DNA of 64,000 nt from Acidimicrobiia bacterium (GTDB lineage: Bacteria; Actinomycetota; Acidimicrobiia; Spongiisociales; UBA5794), in assembly GCA_026985095.1 (NCBI GenBank), contig JALSQW010000008.1, forward strand, positions 50,470 to 114,469, given 5' to 3'. Position numbers and translations under genes: made by a program. Each line of letters begins with the position of its first letter. Positions within the stretch are counted from its first letter, which is position 1. Positions 38,904 through 48,053 of this stretch are shown piece by piece. The notes under the pieces are model-generated. The model was not told the DNA's origin. It was given only the letters and a program-made list of their open reading frames with translations, and did no database searches.

Positions 38904-39839
38904 GTGCAGGTCCGTACGGTCCGTTCGGACCTGACCGAGATCGTCCATGAGGTCGACGCTGTCGTCGTGGCACGCGACGGCTCCGAACTGTTCGTCTCCG
39001 GAGATGCCGACCGCGCCCTGTTCTATCGCTCGGCCATCAAGCCGTTCCAGGCGACCGTCGCGCTCGAGGCCGGCGCCGACCTCGCCCCCGAGCACCTCGC
39101 CCTCGCCTGCGCCAGCCACGGCGGGTTCCCGGCCCACCTGGCCATCGTCGAACGGATCCTCGCCGGCGGCGGCTTCACCGAGGACGATCTCGGATGCCCT
39201 CCGGCCTGGCCCCTCGCCGCATCCGCACGCGACCTGGCGGTCGCCGGCGGCCAGCGACACCCTCGACGTCTGTTCCACAACTGCTCGGGCAAGCACGCCG
39301 CGTGGCTCCGCGCCTGCCGCGCCGCGGGCTGGCCGATCGGCGGCTACCTGGAGCCGGGCCATCCGCTGCAGAGACGGATCGTCGAGGTCGTTCGCGACGC
39401 CACGGGCGTCGATCCTGAACCCGTCGGTGTCGACGGGTGCGGCGCTCCGACCCTGCGCGGCACGGTTCGAGGTCTCGCCCGGGCGTTCTCTTCCCTGACG
39501 ACCGACGACCGGTTCACCGCCGCCGCACGAGCCGTCGACCGGTTCCCTGCCCTCGTCGCCGACGACCTGCGACCCGACGGCCGGTTCGCCATGTGGTGGG
39601 GTGGGCCGGTGAAGGTCGGGGCGGCCGGCCTCGTCGGCGCCGGCCGTAACGGCCTCGGATTGGCCGCCCGCAGTCGATCCGGCGACCCCGCCGCCGCGGT
39701 GGCGGGCCTCGTGGAGGCGGCCCGACGGGTGGGGCTCCTCACCCCGGCGATGGCGCAGGCCCTCGCCGACGTCGCCGCACCGCCCGTGGTGGGCGGGGGA
39801 CGGGTCGTCGGCGGAACGTCGATCGACGAACGGCCATGA
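38904..39839 (+). CDS. L-asparaginase II family protein
   Basis: RSAIKPFQA, CASHGG, HNCSGKH, VDGCGAP. Confidence 0.88.
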   Translation: MQVRTVRSDLTEIVHEVDAVVVARDGSELFVSGDADRALFYRSAIKPFQATVALEAGADLAPEHLALACASHGGFPAHLAIVERILAGGGFTEDDLGCPPAWPLAASARDLAVAGGQRHPRRLFHNCSGKHAAWLRACRAAGWPIGGYLEPGHPLQRRIVEVVRDATGVDPEPVGVDGCGAPTLRGTVRGLARAFSSLTTDDRFTAAARAVDRFPALVADDLRPDGRFAMWWGGPVKVGAAGLVGAGRNGLGLAARSRSGDPAAAVAGLVEAARRVGLLTPAMAQALADVAAPPVVGGGRVVGGTSIDERP

Positions 39840-40738
39840 GCCCGGAGACCGACTGGTCCTCACCGGCCCTGGATCTGCCCGCGGTGGCGGACCACACCGG
39901 ACCGTTCCCCCATCGAGCCTTCCTCCGAACCTGGTCCGAGGTGCGCGCCCCTCAGGTCCCCATTCACGTCATGGCGAAGGACGACGCCGCCATGGTCCTG
40001 ATCGAACGCGACGGGATCCTCGAGCTCGCCGGGGAGTCCGAGCTCACCGACTACCACTCACCGTTGGGGGCGGGCACATCGGCGTTGGCGGGGGAGATCG
40101 CCGAACGGTTCCGAGGCCGTCGCTTCCGGTTCGATTCCCTCCCCGAGGAGGCCGCCATCGCCCTGGCCAAGGGGTTGCGCCGGGCCGGGGCGGACGTCGA
40201 TTCCGAACAGCACCACGTCACCGCCGTCATCGACCTTCCCGGGTCGTACGATGAGTGGCTGGCCGACATCGGCAAGAAGTACCGACACGAGGTCCGACGC
40301 AAGCGCCGCCGGTTCGCCGAGGAGATCGGTGAACCACGGATCGAACGCCGCGACGAAGAGGCCGCCTTGGATGCGTTCTTCGCCATGCATCGCCGATCGG
40401 CAGGTGCCAAGGGTCACTTCATGACCCCGGCCATGGAAGGGTTCTTCCAGGCCCTCCACGCCTCGGTCGGCGCCGTCGTGGACCTGCTCGTCGTCGATGG
40501 CGAGCCCCTCGCCGGGACGTTCTCGTTCGAGGAGGGCGACGGCTTCTACGTGTACAACTCCGCCTACGAGCCCGCCGCGCGGCACGCGTCGCCGGGGATC
40601 GTCATGCTGTCGCTGCTCATCGAGGACAGGATCGGCCGCGGTACCCGGGTCTTCGACCTCCTCAAGGGCGACGAACACTACAAGTTCCAACATGGCGCCG
40701 TCCCCCGGCCGCTGTTCGCCCTGTGGGGCACGCTGTGA
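39836..40738 (+). CDS. GNAT family acetyltransferase (Acetyltransf_6 type)
   Basis: DY, RHEVRRKRRR, SPGIVML, FDLLKGDEHYK. Confidence 0.8.
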   Translation: MSPETDWSSPALDLPAVADHTGPFPHRAFLRTWSEVRAPQVPIHVMAKDDAAMVLIERDGILELAGESELTDYHSPLGAGTSALAGEIAERFRGRRFRFDSLPEEAAIALAKGLRRAGADVDSEQHHVTAVIDLPGSYDEWLADIGKKYRHEVRRKRRRFAEEIGEPRIERRDEEAALDAFFAMHRRSAGAKGHFMTPAMEGFFQALHASVGAVVDLLVVDGEPLAGTFSFEEGDGFYVYNSAYEPAARHASPGIVMLSLLIEDRIGRGTRVFDLLKGDEHYKFQHGAVPRPLFALWGTL

Positions 40739-41952
40739 TCGACCAAGTGGCCTACGTCGCGATGCACACGTCCCCGTTGGCGCTGCCTGGGACCGGCAAC
40801 GCCGGGGGGATGAACGTCTACCTCGACGAACTGGCCCGGACGATGGCCGGCCGCGGGATCGAGGTCACGATCTTCACCAGGAGCGTGGACGAGGATACGC
40901 CCGAGCTCGTCGAGGTCGTCCCCGGCTACCGGCTGGCCACCCTGAGAGCCGGTCCGCCCGCCGAGATCCCCACCGACTGCCTGGCTCCGTTCGTGGGCGA
41001 GTTCGCCGATGAGCTCGTGAAGTGGGCATCGATCCACGGGGCCGACTTCGACGTCGTCCACAGCCACTACTGGCTGTCCGGCCAGGTCGGCGTCATCGTC
41101 AAGAAGGAACTCGGCATCCCCCTGGCGAACTCGTTCCACACGCTCGGCCGCGTCAAGGACGCCGCCCGCCACCCCGACGAGGCATCGTCCAGCCCGGTGC
41201 GGTTGCTCGCCGAGGAGGATGTCATCGCGGCCTCCGACTGCGTGATCGCGTCGACCCCCTACGAGTTCGACGACCTGCTGACCCACTACCGGGCACGGCC
41301 GGAGCGGCTGTGCGTCTCGCCACCGGGGATCGACCACGACGTGTTCTTCCCCGGCGACCGCGGCGAGGCTCGCCGCCGACTCGGGATCGACGGGGCGCCG
41401 ATCGTGCTGTTCGTCGGCCGCCTACAACGCCACAAAGGCCCCGATGTGGCCGTCGATGCGCATGCCCTCCTCGTCGAACGGGTCGCCGACGCCGAACTCG
41501 TCCTCGTCGGTGGACCCAGTGGGAGGGACGGCGACGCCACGCTGGAGCTTCTGGAAGAACGGATCGCCGCGCACGGCACCGGGGAGCAGGTCCGGTTCGT
41601 CCCCGCCCAGCCGCACCCTGCCATCGCCGATTGGTTCCGAGCCGCCGACGTGCTGATCATGCCGTCGCGATCGGAGAGTTTCGGCCTCGTGGCGGCCGAG
41701 GCGCAGGCATGCGGTCTCCCGGTGGTGGCATCGCGGGTCGGCGGGATCCCCCACATCGTCAAGGACGCCGAATCCGGGATCCTCGTCGACGATCATCGAC
41801 CCGACGACCTGGCCGCGGCCCTCGAAGCGGTGATCACGAGCCCGTCGTTCCGGGCGGATCTGTCGGCCGGAGCGGTGCGATTCGCCCGGCGCTTCTCGTG
41901 GTCCGCCACCGCCGACCGCCTCCTCGAGCTGTACGCCGGCATCGTCGGCTGA
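40735..41952 (+). CDS. mshA: D-inositol-3-phosphate glycosyltransferase (mycothiol synthesis)
   Basis: MHTSPL..PGTGNAGGMNVY, HSHYWLSG, FHTLG, VGRLQRHKG, ESFGLVAAEAQACG. Confidence 0.9.
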   Translation: MIDQVAYVAMHTSPLALPGTGNAGGMNVYLDELARTMAGRGIEVTIFTRSVDEDTPELVEVVPGYRLATLRAGPPAEIPTDCLAPFVGEFADELVKWASIHGADFDVVHSHYWLSGQVGVIVKKELGIPLANSFHTLGRVKDAARHPDEASSSPVRLLAEEDVIAASDCVIASTPYEFDDLLTHYRARPERLCVSPPGIDHDVFFPGDRGEARRRLGIDGAPIVLFVGRLQRHKGPDVAVDAHALLVERVADAELVLVGGPSGRDGDATLELLEERIAAHGTGEQVRFVPAQPHPAIADWFRAADVLIMPSRSESFGLVAAEAQACGLPVVASRVGGIPHIVKDAESGILVDDHRPDDLAAALEAVITSPSFRADLSAGAVRFARRFSWSATADRLLELYAGIVG

Positions 41953-42012
41953 GGACCCATCGCGGTCCCCAGGTCGCGAAAGATTCGGATGACGAAAGTT
42001 GCCGACACCGGG

Positions 42013-42054
42013 TTGTGCACAAACCCCTGTGGATCGATGGGGATATGTGGACAT
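42013..42054. promoter_or_regulatory. cluster of DnaA-box-like 9-mers
   Basis: TTGTGCACA(A) 42013, TGTGGATCG 42028, TGTGGACAT 42046 versus TT(A/G)TCCACA. Confidence 0.35.
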
Positions 42055-42147
42055 CCTCCTCGTCCGACCGCCAGTTGAACGCGATTGGGCGCGATCTCGT
42101 TGCCGGGGAGGTGCGCGAGACCGCGAAGAACCGGGCCGACGTCGGGG

Positions 42148-42176
42148 TTGCACGGCGTCGGGCCAGGACGTAGGTT
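42148..42176 (+). promoter_or_regulatory. sigma-A-type promoter TTGCAC-N17-TAGGTT
   Basis: Exact 17-nt spacer; predicted TSS falls at the start of a long stem. Confidence 0.6.
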
Positions 42177-42181
42177 CGGAC

Positions 42182-42265
42182 GTGCAAGGCCCGAAGTGCT
42201 GACGCAGCGGAACCTCGTTCGGGGAAGTGCGGGGAGCGGCTGCCGAGGTTCTCCGGGCCTTGCAC
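42182..42265 (+). ncRNA. candidate structured sRNA or 5' leader (family unassigned)
   Basis: 12-bp closing stem GTGCAAGGCCCG/CGGGCCTTGCAC, inner 8-bp stem GAACCTCG/CGAGGTTC, two GGGGA tracts in the loop. Confidence 0.55.
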
Positions 42266-42284
42266 CGTCTCGGAGGGAACCGTC

Positions 42285-42830
42285 ATGTCACGCCTCATCG
42301 CGCTCGACCTTCCGATCCCCTGGGATGCGCTCCGTCCCGCGCTGGGGAGCGCCGATCCGTGGGACGCAGGCGGGGTGGTCCTCGCCCAGGCCGGGACCCC
42401 GGCGTGGGGGTGGGAAGAGGTGCCGCCGGCACTGGCCATCCCCTCGACGCCGCTGCGGGCGGCCACCTCCGTCCCCCGATGGTGGGTGGACCACGTCGTC
42501 GTTCTGGTCCCGGACCTGGCTCGGGCGATCGAGCGGTTCGCCGCCGTGGGCCTCGATCCACGCCTCCGGATGCAGGTCGAGGATCGTCCGGCGGCGTTCT
42601 TCCGGGCCGGCCCGGTCATCGAGGTGATCGAGTCCCCGGTCCGCGGCGACGCCATCTACGGCGTCGCCCTCGCTACCGATGAGCCGCTCGGGGTCGTCGC
42701 GCTGCGGCTCCGGGCGGCGGGGTTCGACGCGTCCGATCCGCGTCCGGCGATCCAACCGCACCGGCGGATCCTCACCATCGGTGGCCTCGGTGCGGGGTTG
42801 GCCATCATGTCCCCCGACGACGCCGCCTGA
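42285..42830 (+). CDS. VOC/glyoxalase-like protein
   Basis: VDHVVVLVPDL, IEVIE; GGAGG RBS. Confidence 0.7.
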   Translation: MSRLIALDLPIPWDALRPALGSADPWDAGGVVLAQAGTPAWGWEEVPPALAIPSTPLRAATSVPRWWVDHVVVLVPDLARAIERFAAVGLDPRLRMQVEDRPAAFFRAGPVIEVIESPVRGDAIYGVALATDEPLGVVALRLRAAGFDASDPRPAIQPHRRILTIGGLGAGLAIMSPDDAA

Positions 42831-42838
42831 CCGCCTCG

Positions 42839-43720
42839 TCAGATCCCGAAGATGAGGTCGCGCAGCCGGACCCGGGTGGTGGCGAAGGTCGACAGGTCGA
42901 TCCGGAGCGACCCCAGCCGGAGGCCCCGCATCGCGTCCCCGTGACGGGTCGCCACCCGAACCGCGCCTTCGGCCGCCTCCAGCGCCCCGAGGCCCAGGCA
43001 GTGCCCGTGGTCGTCCTGGACGCCGACGAGCATGCCGTCGAGCCGGGTGAGGTCGAACCCTTCGGGGAGGGTGGGTGCGAACACGGCCGTCTGGACCCGC
43101 CACCTCGACAGCGGCTCGGCGAAGGCCCGGGCGAAGGCCCGACGCCGGGCGGAGGATCGCTCGACGGGCGACGAAGGCACGAGATCGGCCGGCGGATGGG
43201 CGACGGCGACGCGAGCCGACAGGAACCGGCGGAGCATCCCGATCGTCGGCTCCATCTCGCCGCCGCGCTGCATGGCGATCACCAGGGACGGACGGACCAG
43301 CTCCATCAGGTGGTACTTGAGGGTCTGGCCGACGACACCGGCGACCATGCCGGTCGTGTCCACGACGACGACATCGACGTCGTCGCGGACCGACGCGACC
43401 AGCGACGACACCGCGACCACGTGCGGGAGCACCACCCCGGCGGGCTCGGTCGAACCGACGAACCGCATCTCGTCGGACGTGTGGAGGTCCTGGAGGTCCT
43501 CGTGAGTGCGCACGATGCGCACGCCGGCGCACGCCGGATGCCCGACGGTGTCGGCGGCCACGTCGCCGTCCACGTAGGCGGCCGTCATCCCGGCATCGAT
43601 CGCGTCGACGAGGATCTGGCGTCCCAGCGTCGTCTTGCCGGTGTCGGCGGCGCCGATGAGCATGATGACGCCCTCCATCCCGTGGAGTCGCTCACGCAGG
43701 CTGCGATGCTCCTCGGTCAC
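42839..43720 (-). CDS. Clp1/Grc3-like polynucleotide 5'-OH kinase
   Basis: GAADTGKTT, VDGDV..VGHP, FVGSTEP, VVVDTTG, LK..LVRP, RSSARR lid. Confidence 0.75.
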   Translation of the reverse strand: MTEEHRSLRERLHGMEGVIMLIGAADTGKTTLGRQILVDAIDAGMTAAYVDGDVAADTVGHPACAGVRIVRTHEDLQDLHTSDEMRFVGSTEPAGVVLPHVVAVSSLVASVRDDVDVVVVDTTGMVAGVVGQTLKYHLMELVRPSLVIAMQRGGEMEPTIGMLRRFLSARVAVAHPPADLVPSSPVERSSARRRAFARAFAEPLSRWRVQTAVFAPTLPEGFDLTRLDGMLVGVQDDHGHCLGLGALEAAEGAVRVATRHGDAMRGLRLGSLRIDLSTFATTRVRLRDLIFGI

Positions 43721-43741
43721 CTCGTCCCCACCTCGACTTCC

Positions 43742-44884
43742 TCAGGACTCGTCGTGGTCGGATTGTAGGGATCGCTCCGGAGGAGACCTCCGCCACCACG
43801 GCGTCCACACCCTCGCCAGCGGATGCCGCCGATGATCGGGCGCGGAGCGGTCCGAGGTCCACGGGGCGTAGGGAGCGTGGATCATCTCGGCGATGGCGAG
43901 CAGCACCGTGTCGTAGTTCACCCGCCACCCGGCGAAGTCGCCCCACGCCCGGTCCCGGTCGGCGACCAGGCGCACCCCCACCGCTTCGAGGGCCTCACAG
44001 GCGGCGTCGAACTCCTCGCGGGTGATCGAGATCGGGTCGGTGGGTGCCGGATCGGGGTCGAAGGGGATGCCGAAGAACTCGGCGATGTGTCGAAGCGACA
44101 GCGTGCCGGCCCGGATCATGATGCCGCCCGGTGCGCGGGGGACGTCGGCAACGGCAGCGACCCACAGCGCCGCCGCGTCGAGGACCGCTCCCGCCGCGGT
44201 GATCCACGACATCGCCGGGTCGTGGCTACGGAAGAAGGCCAGCACCGGGTACGTCGTGTGGCTCTCTTCGATGTCGACGAACCATTCCTCCCAGGCGAGC
44301 CACTCGCCGGGCAGCCGCTCCATCCAATCGATCCGCCGGTAGCGCTCGAGCAGTTCAGTGGCGCTGGGAGGGGTCCCGGCGCGAACCGCCAACAGCGCGA
44401 CGCGCATCTCGCGACGGGAGAACGCCCCGTAGATGGACGGCAGATAGGTGATGAGCAAGGTGAGCAGCAGCAGACCGAGGCCTGCCTCGACGAAGGCCAA
44501 CGTCCGTTCGGTGGCGCCGTCGGCGGGGGCGAACCCCAAGGTGGTGATCGACGATCCGCTCAGGTGGTAAGCGGCGCCGACGCCTGCGGTCGGGTCGACG
44601 GCCCAGAACAGCGCTCCGAACGCGGCGAGGACGGTCGTCAGCCAGACGAAGACGATCAGGATCAGCCCGATGGGACCGACGACCGCCCGGATCCGGTCCT
44701 GTTCCTCGTAGGTCCGCCGCGTCCTGGCGGCGAGCTCGGCGACGGCGAGGACGAGACGGAAGGCCGTGGCGGTCAACACCGAGCGGGATGGCCGGGGCAG
44801 CACGAGGGTCTTGAGGGCGGACATGAGGACCCCGGCGACCAGCAACAGCCCGAGGGTGAAGACGAGAACCCGGATGACGACCAT
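43742..44884 (-). CDS. membrane protein with ion-channel-like pore segment
   Basis: YHLSGSSITTLGF pore helix, LLITYLPSIY, ESHTTYPVLAFFRS. Confidence 0.7.
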   Translation of the reverse strand: MVVIRVLVFTLGLLLVAGVLMSALKTLVLPRPSRSVLTATAFRLVLAVAELAARTRRTYEEQDRIRAVVGPIGLILIVFVWLTTVLAAFGALFWAVDPTAGVGAAYHLSGSSITTLGFAPADGATERTLAFVEAGLGLLLLTLLITYLPSIYGAFSRREMRVALLAVRAGTPPSATELLERYRRIDWMERLPGEWLAWEEWFVDIEESHTTYPVLAFFRSHDPAMSWITAAGAVLDAAALWVAAVADVPRAPGGIMIRAGTLSLRHIAEFFGIPFDPDPAPTDPISITREEFDAACEALEAVGVRLVADRDRAWGDFAGWRVNYDTVLLAIAEMIHAPYAPWTSDRSAPDHRRHPLARVWTPWWRRSPPERSLQSDHDES

Positions 44885-44926
44885 CGCGACAGCCTAGGGA
44901 CGACGCGATGGGCCTATATTGCCCCC

Positions 44927-45487
44927 ATGCCCCATATCGAGCCGATCCCCCCGGACGAGGCCACCGGCGTCGCCGCCCGCCAGTACGAGGCCGCCATGCG
45001 GCGGGCCGGCCGGATCTGGAACATCGTGGCCATCCAGAGCCAGAACGGTCCGGCCATGCGCGACTCGCTGCGCCTGTACTCGACGTTGATGCTCGGCGAA
45101 TCGCCGCTGTCGAGGGCGCAACGGGAGATGATCGCCGTGGTCACCTCCCAGGTGAACGAGTGCGTGTACTGAACTCGTGCCCATCTCCACGACCTCCGGT
45201 CGGAGGTCGACGACCCCGAGCTGGTGGACCGCTTCGCCCACGACTGGCGTGAGGCGGGGCTCGATCCGGCCACCGAGGCGCTGCTGGGCTTCGCCGAGGC
45301 CCTGACGCGGGACCCGACCGGTGACGCCGCCGGACGCGTCGCCCGGCTCCGCCGAGCCGGCTTCAGCGACCGGGCCATCCACGACGCCACCCAGATCTGC
45401 GCCTACTTCAACTACATCAACCGGATCGCCGAAGGCCTGGGCGTCGAGCCGGAGGACTGGATCGACGAGGTCGGGCGCCGCCGCTGA
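44927..45487 (+). CDS. AhpD/carboxymuconolactone decarboxylase-like peroxidase-related protein; selenoprotein (CxxU, TGA 45170-45172)
   Basis: LSRAQREMIAVVTSQVNECVY-TGA-TRAH continues in frame to YFNYINRIAEGLGV; SECIS-like hairpin 45190-45209; TATATT -10 element 6 nt before ATG. Confidence 0.85.
45190..45209 (+). promoter_or_regulatory. bacterial SECIS element
   Basis: CGACCTCC-GGTC-GGAGGTCG 8-bp stem starting 17 nt after UGA; GGUC as in the E. coli fdhF SECIS loop. Confidence 0.75.
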
Positions 45488-46184
45488 CGGGTCGCGGGTC
45501 CGCAGGCAGACCGGCGAGGAAGCCCCCGAAGAACCGGTCGGCGGTCTCGGCGACATCGTCGTCGGCCACCCGCAGCGCCGCGTCGAGCTGAGCCCGGTCG
45601 GCTCCCGCCCGAGCCACGAGATCGTCGAAGGACGCCGACCGCCAGGTGGCGAAGATCGCCGGGGTGACCTCGGGATGAGGCTGGATCGCCAGGGCCGAGC
45701 CGACCCGGAACGCCTGGAGGTAGCCGCCGCCCGTGGCCAGGATCGTCGCGTGCGGTGGCGCGTCGAACGTATCGGCGTGCACGCGGAGCAGGGAACGGCC
45801 ATGGAGCGTCCCGACGGCGGGGTCCACACGTCCGTGCGGAGTGAGCTCCACGGGGGCGAAGACGGCCTCGGGACGTGGCGCCGGGTAGGCCGCACCGCCG
45901 AGGGCCGAGGCGATGATCTGGCTTCCCAGGCAGATGCCGAGGACCGGCACGCCGGCGTCGACGGCGTCGACGACGAGCCGCCCTTCGGCGACGAGGAAGG
46001 GGTACTCGTCGGTCTCGTATGCGCCCATGGTGCCGCCGAGGAGCACCAACGCCGAGACCTCGCCGATGTCGGGCATCGCCTCGCGGCCGGCGGCGACGAT
46101 CCGCGCCGGGATCCCACGCCGGTCGAGGACGTCGGCCAGTCGGCCGGCCGGCGCCACGGGGTCGTTCTGCACGATCGTGATCAT
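45417..46184 (-). CDS. type 1 glutamine amidotransferase-like protein
   Basis: LLGGTMGAY, LGICLGSQ, QPHPE. Confidence 0.88.
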   Translation of the reverse strand: MITIVQNDPVAPAGRLADVLDRRGIPARIVAAGREAMPDIGEVSALVLLGGTMGAYETDEYPFLVAEGRLVVDAVDAGVPVLGICLGSQIIASALGGAAYPAPRPEAVFAPVELTPHGRVDPAVGTLHGRSLLRVHADTFDAPPHATILATGGGYLQAFRVGSALAIQPHPEVTPAIFATWRSASFDDLVARAGADRAQLDAALRVADDDVAETADRFFGGFLAGLPADPRPVSGGARPRRSSPPARRPGLRRSG

Positions 46185-47980
46185 CGGGAAGAGAGACGAT
46201 CCCGCAGCACCCGCCGCATCACCTTGTGTGACGCCGTCCGGGGGAGCGTGTCGATCAGGTGGACGGCACCGACCTTGAACAGCGGGTTCAGGTCCCGGCG
46301 GATGGCCTGCTGCATCCGGGCCCGGAGGACGTCGGGATCGACGTCGCCGTCGGGTACGGCGAACACGACGAGTTGGTCTGGTCCTCCCCCCCGGGGGGCG
46401 ACGGCGACCGCGGCGGTCTCGGTGACGCCGTCGACGGCGGAGACGACGCGCTCGATCTCGGCCGACGAGACCTTGATCCCACCGAGGTTCATCGTGTCGT
46501 CGATGCGGCCTTCGGCCCGATAGCGCCCGTCCGGGAGGCGCCGCATCCGGTCGCCGTGGCGGCGCAGCGGGACGTCGGCGACGGGGACGCCGGCGAAGTA
46601 GACGCCATGATGGTCGCCGTTGAGGAGCTCGGTGGACATCCCGATCGACGGTGGGACCAGGAACACCTCTCCCTCGTCGGCGGGCCGGCCGGCGTCGTCG
46701 AGGATCCGGATGTCGAGACCGAGGGTGGGCGTGGTGAACGTCGACGGCACCGCCGGCTCGAGGACCGTCCCCGAGATGTAGCCGCCGCCGATCTCGGTTC
46801 CACCGCAGTACTCGATGACCGGGGCGGCGGCGCGTTCCATGAGCCACCGGTAGTCGTCGGGGTTGGAGGCTTCCCCGGTCGACGACAGCACACGGACACG
46901 CGACAGGTCGACCTCGTCGAGCGTGCCGTTCGCTCGCCACGCCGTGACGATGCTGGGCACCACGCCGAGCATCGTGACACCGGACTCGGCGACGAACTCG
47001 CAGAACCCGCGGGTGGTGGGGGCGTCGTCGTACAGGGCGAAGGCGGCGCCGTTGAGGAGCGACGCGTAGATGAGCCATGGCCCCATCATCCAGCCGAGAT
47101 TGGTCGGCCAGGCGACGACGTCGCCGGGGTGGATGTCCTGGTGGTACCGGCCGTCCATGGCGGCCTTGATCGGAGTGGTCTGCGTCCAGGGGATGGCCTT
47201 GGGAACCCCGGTGGTGCCCGACGAGAACAGCACGTTGGTGTGCGCTGCGGGCTCGCGCATCACCGGTGCGGCAGCCAGGTCGGTCCCGGCGGTGGCGGTG
47301 TCCCAGCGGACGTCGCCGGAGCGGAGTCGGGCCTCGCTGCCGACGACGATCGCCGCCGGGGCGTCGGCGGCGACGATCTTGTCGTACATGGGGAGGATCC
47401 GCCCGGCTCGATGGACGACGTCCTGGGTGACGATGGCGACCGGGTCGGTGATGTCGAGGCGGGTCCGGATCTCCTCGGGCGCGAAGGAATCGGCGATGGA
47501 CACCACGACGCCTCCGGCGGCGACGATGCCGAGGTAGGCGACGACGGATTCGAGGTTCATCTCCATGGCGATGGCGACCCGGTCCCCGGGTTGCCATCCG
47601 GCAGCGGCGAAGGCGGCGGCGAATCGGGCGACGGATACTTCCAACTGGCGGTACGTGACGGTCTCGGTCCGGCCGTGGCGGCGGAGGAGGACCGCCGGTG
47701 CGTCGGGGGGCACGGCGGCGAAGACCGACGAGACGATGTTCATCCGGGCACCCGCAAGCCAGCCCGGATGCTCGGGGTCGTCGGAGCCGAGGATCCGCTC
47801 GGGCGGGCGGTCGAAGACGATGCCGAGCTCGTCGATGACGGTCGCCCAGAAGTCGGCTCGATGCTCGGTCGACCACCGATGCAACGAGGAGAGGTCGGGA
47901 ACGTCGCGCCGCCGCATCAACGCGGTCAGGTTGGCGTGGGCGATCACGTCGTCGTCGGGGATCCAGGCGGCGTCGACCAT
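46181..47980 (-). CDS. acyl-CoA synthetase / AMP-binding enzyme
   Basis: FSSGTTGVPK, GWMMGPW, YCGGTEIGG, RHGD, GRIDDTMNLGG, PRTASHK. Confidence 0.9.
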   Translation of the reverse strand: MVDAAWIPDDDVIAHANLTALMRRRDVPDLSSLHRWSTEHRADFWATVIDELGIVFDRPPERILGSDDPEHPGWLAGARMNIVSSVFAAVPPDAPAVLLRRHGRTETVTYRQLEVSVARFAAAFAAAGWQPGDRVAIAMEMNLESVVAYLGIVAAGGVVVSIADSFAPEEIRTRLDITDPVAIVTQDVVHRAGRILPMYDKIVAADAPAAIVVGSEARLRSGDVRWDTATAGTDLAAAPVMREPAAHTNVLFSSGTTGVPKAIPWTQTTPIKAAMDGRYHQDIHPGDVVAWPTNLGWMMGPWLIYASLLNGAAFALYDDAPTTRGFCEFVAESGVTMLGVVPSIVTAWRANGTLDEVDLSRVRVLSSTGEASNPDDYRWLMERAAAPVIEYCGGTEIGGGYISGTVLEPAVPSTFTTPTLGLDIRILDDAGRPADEGEVFLVPPSIGMSTELLNGDHHGVYFAGVPVADVPLRRHGDRMRRLPDGRYRAEGRIDDTMNLGGIKVSSAEIERVVSAVDGVTETAAVAVAPRGGGPDQLVVFAVPDGDVDPDVLRARMQQAIRRDLNPLFKVGAVHLIDTLPRTASHKVMRRVLRDRLSSR

Positions 47981-48053
47981 GGACGCAGGATACCGGCACA
48001 CGTGTCGGGATTCCCGCGTAGGGTGAGTCCCATCGACGAGGGAGGGTGAACCG

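Noticed and set aside
42165-42222. LexA SOS boxes (GGAC-N4-GTTC; GAAC-N3-GTTC)
   Set aside because: One has a core mismatch, the other wrong spacing; both are better explained by the -10 element and RNA stem
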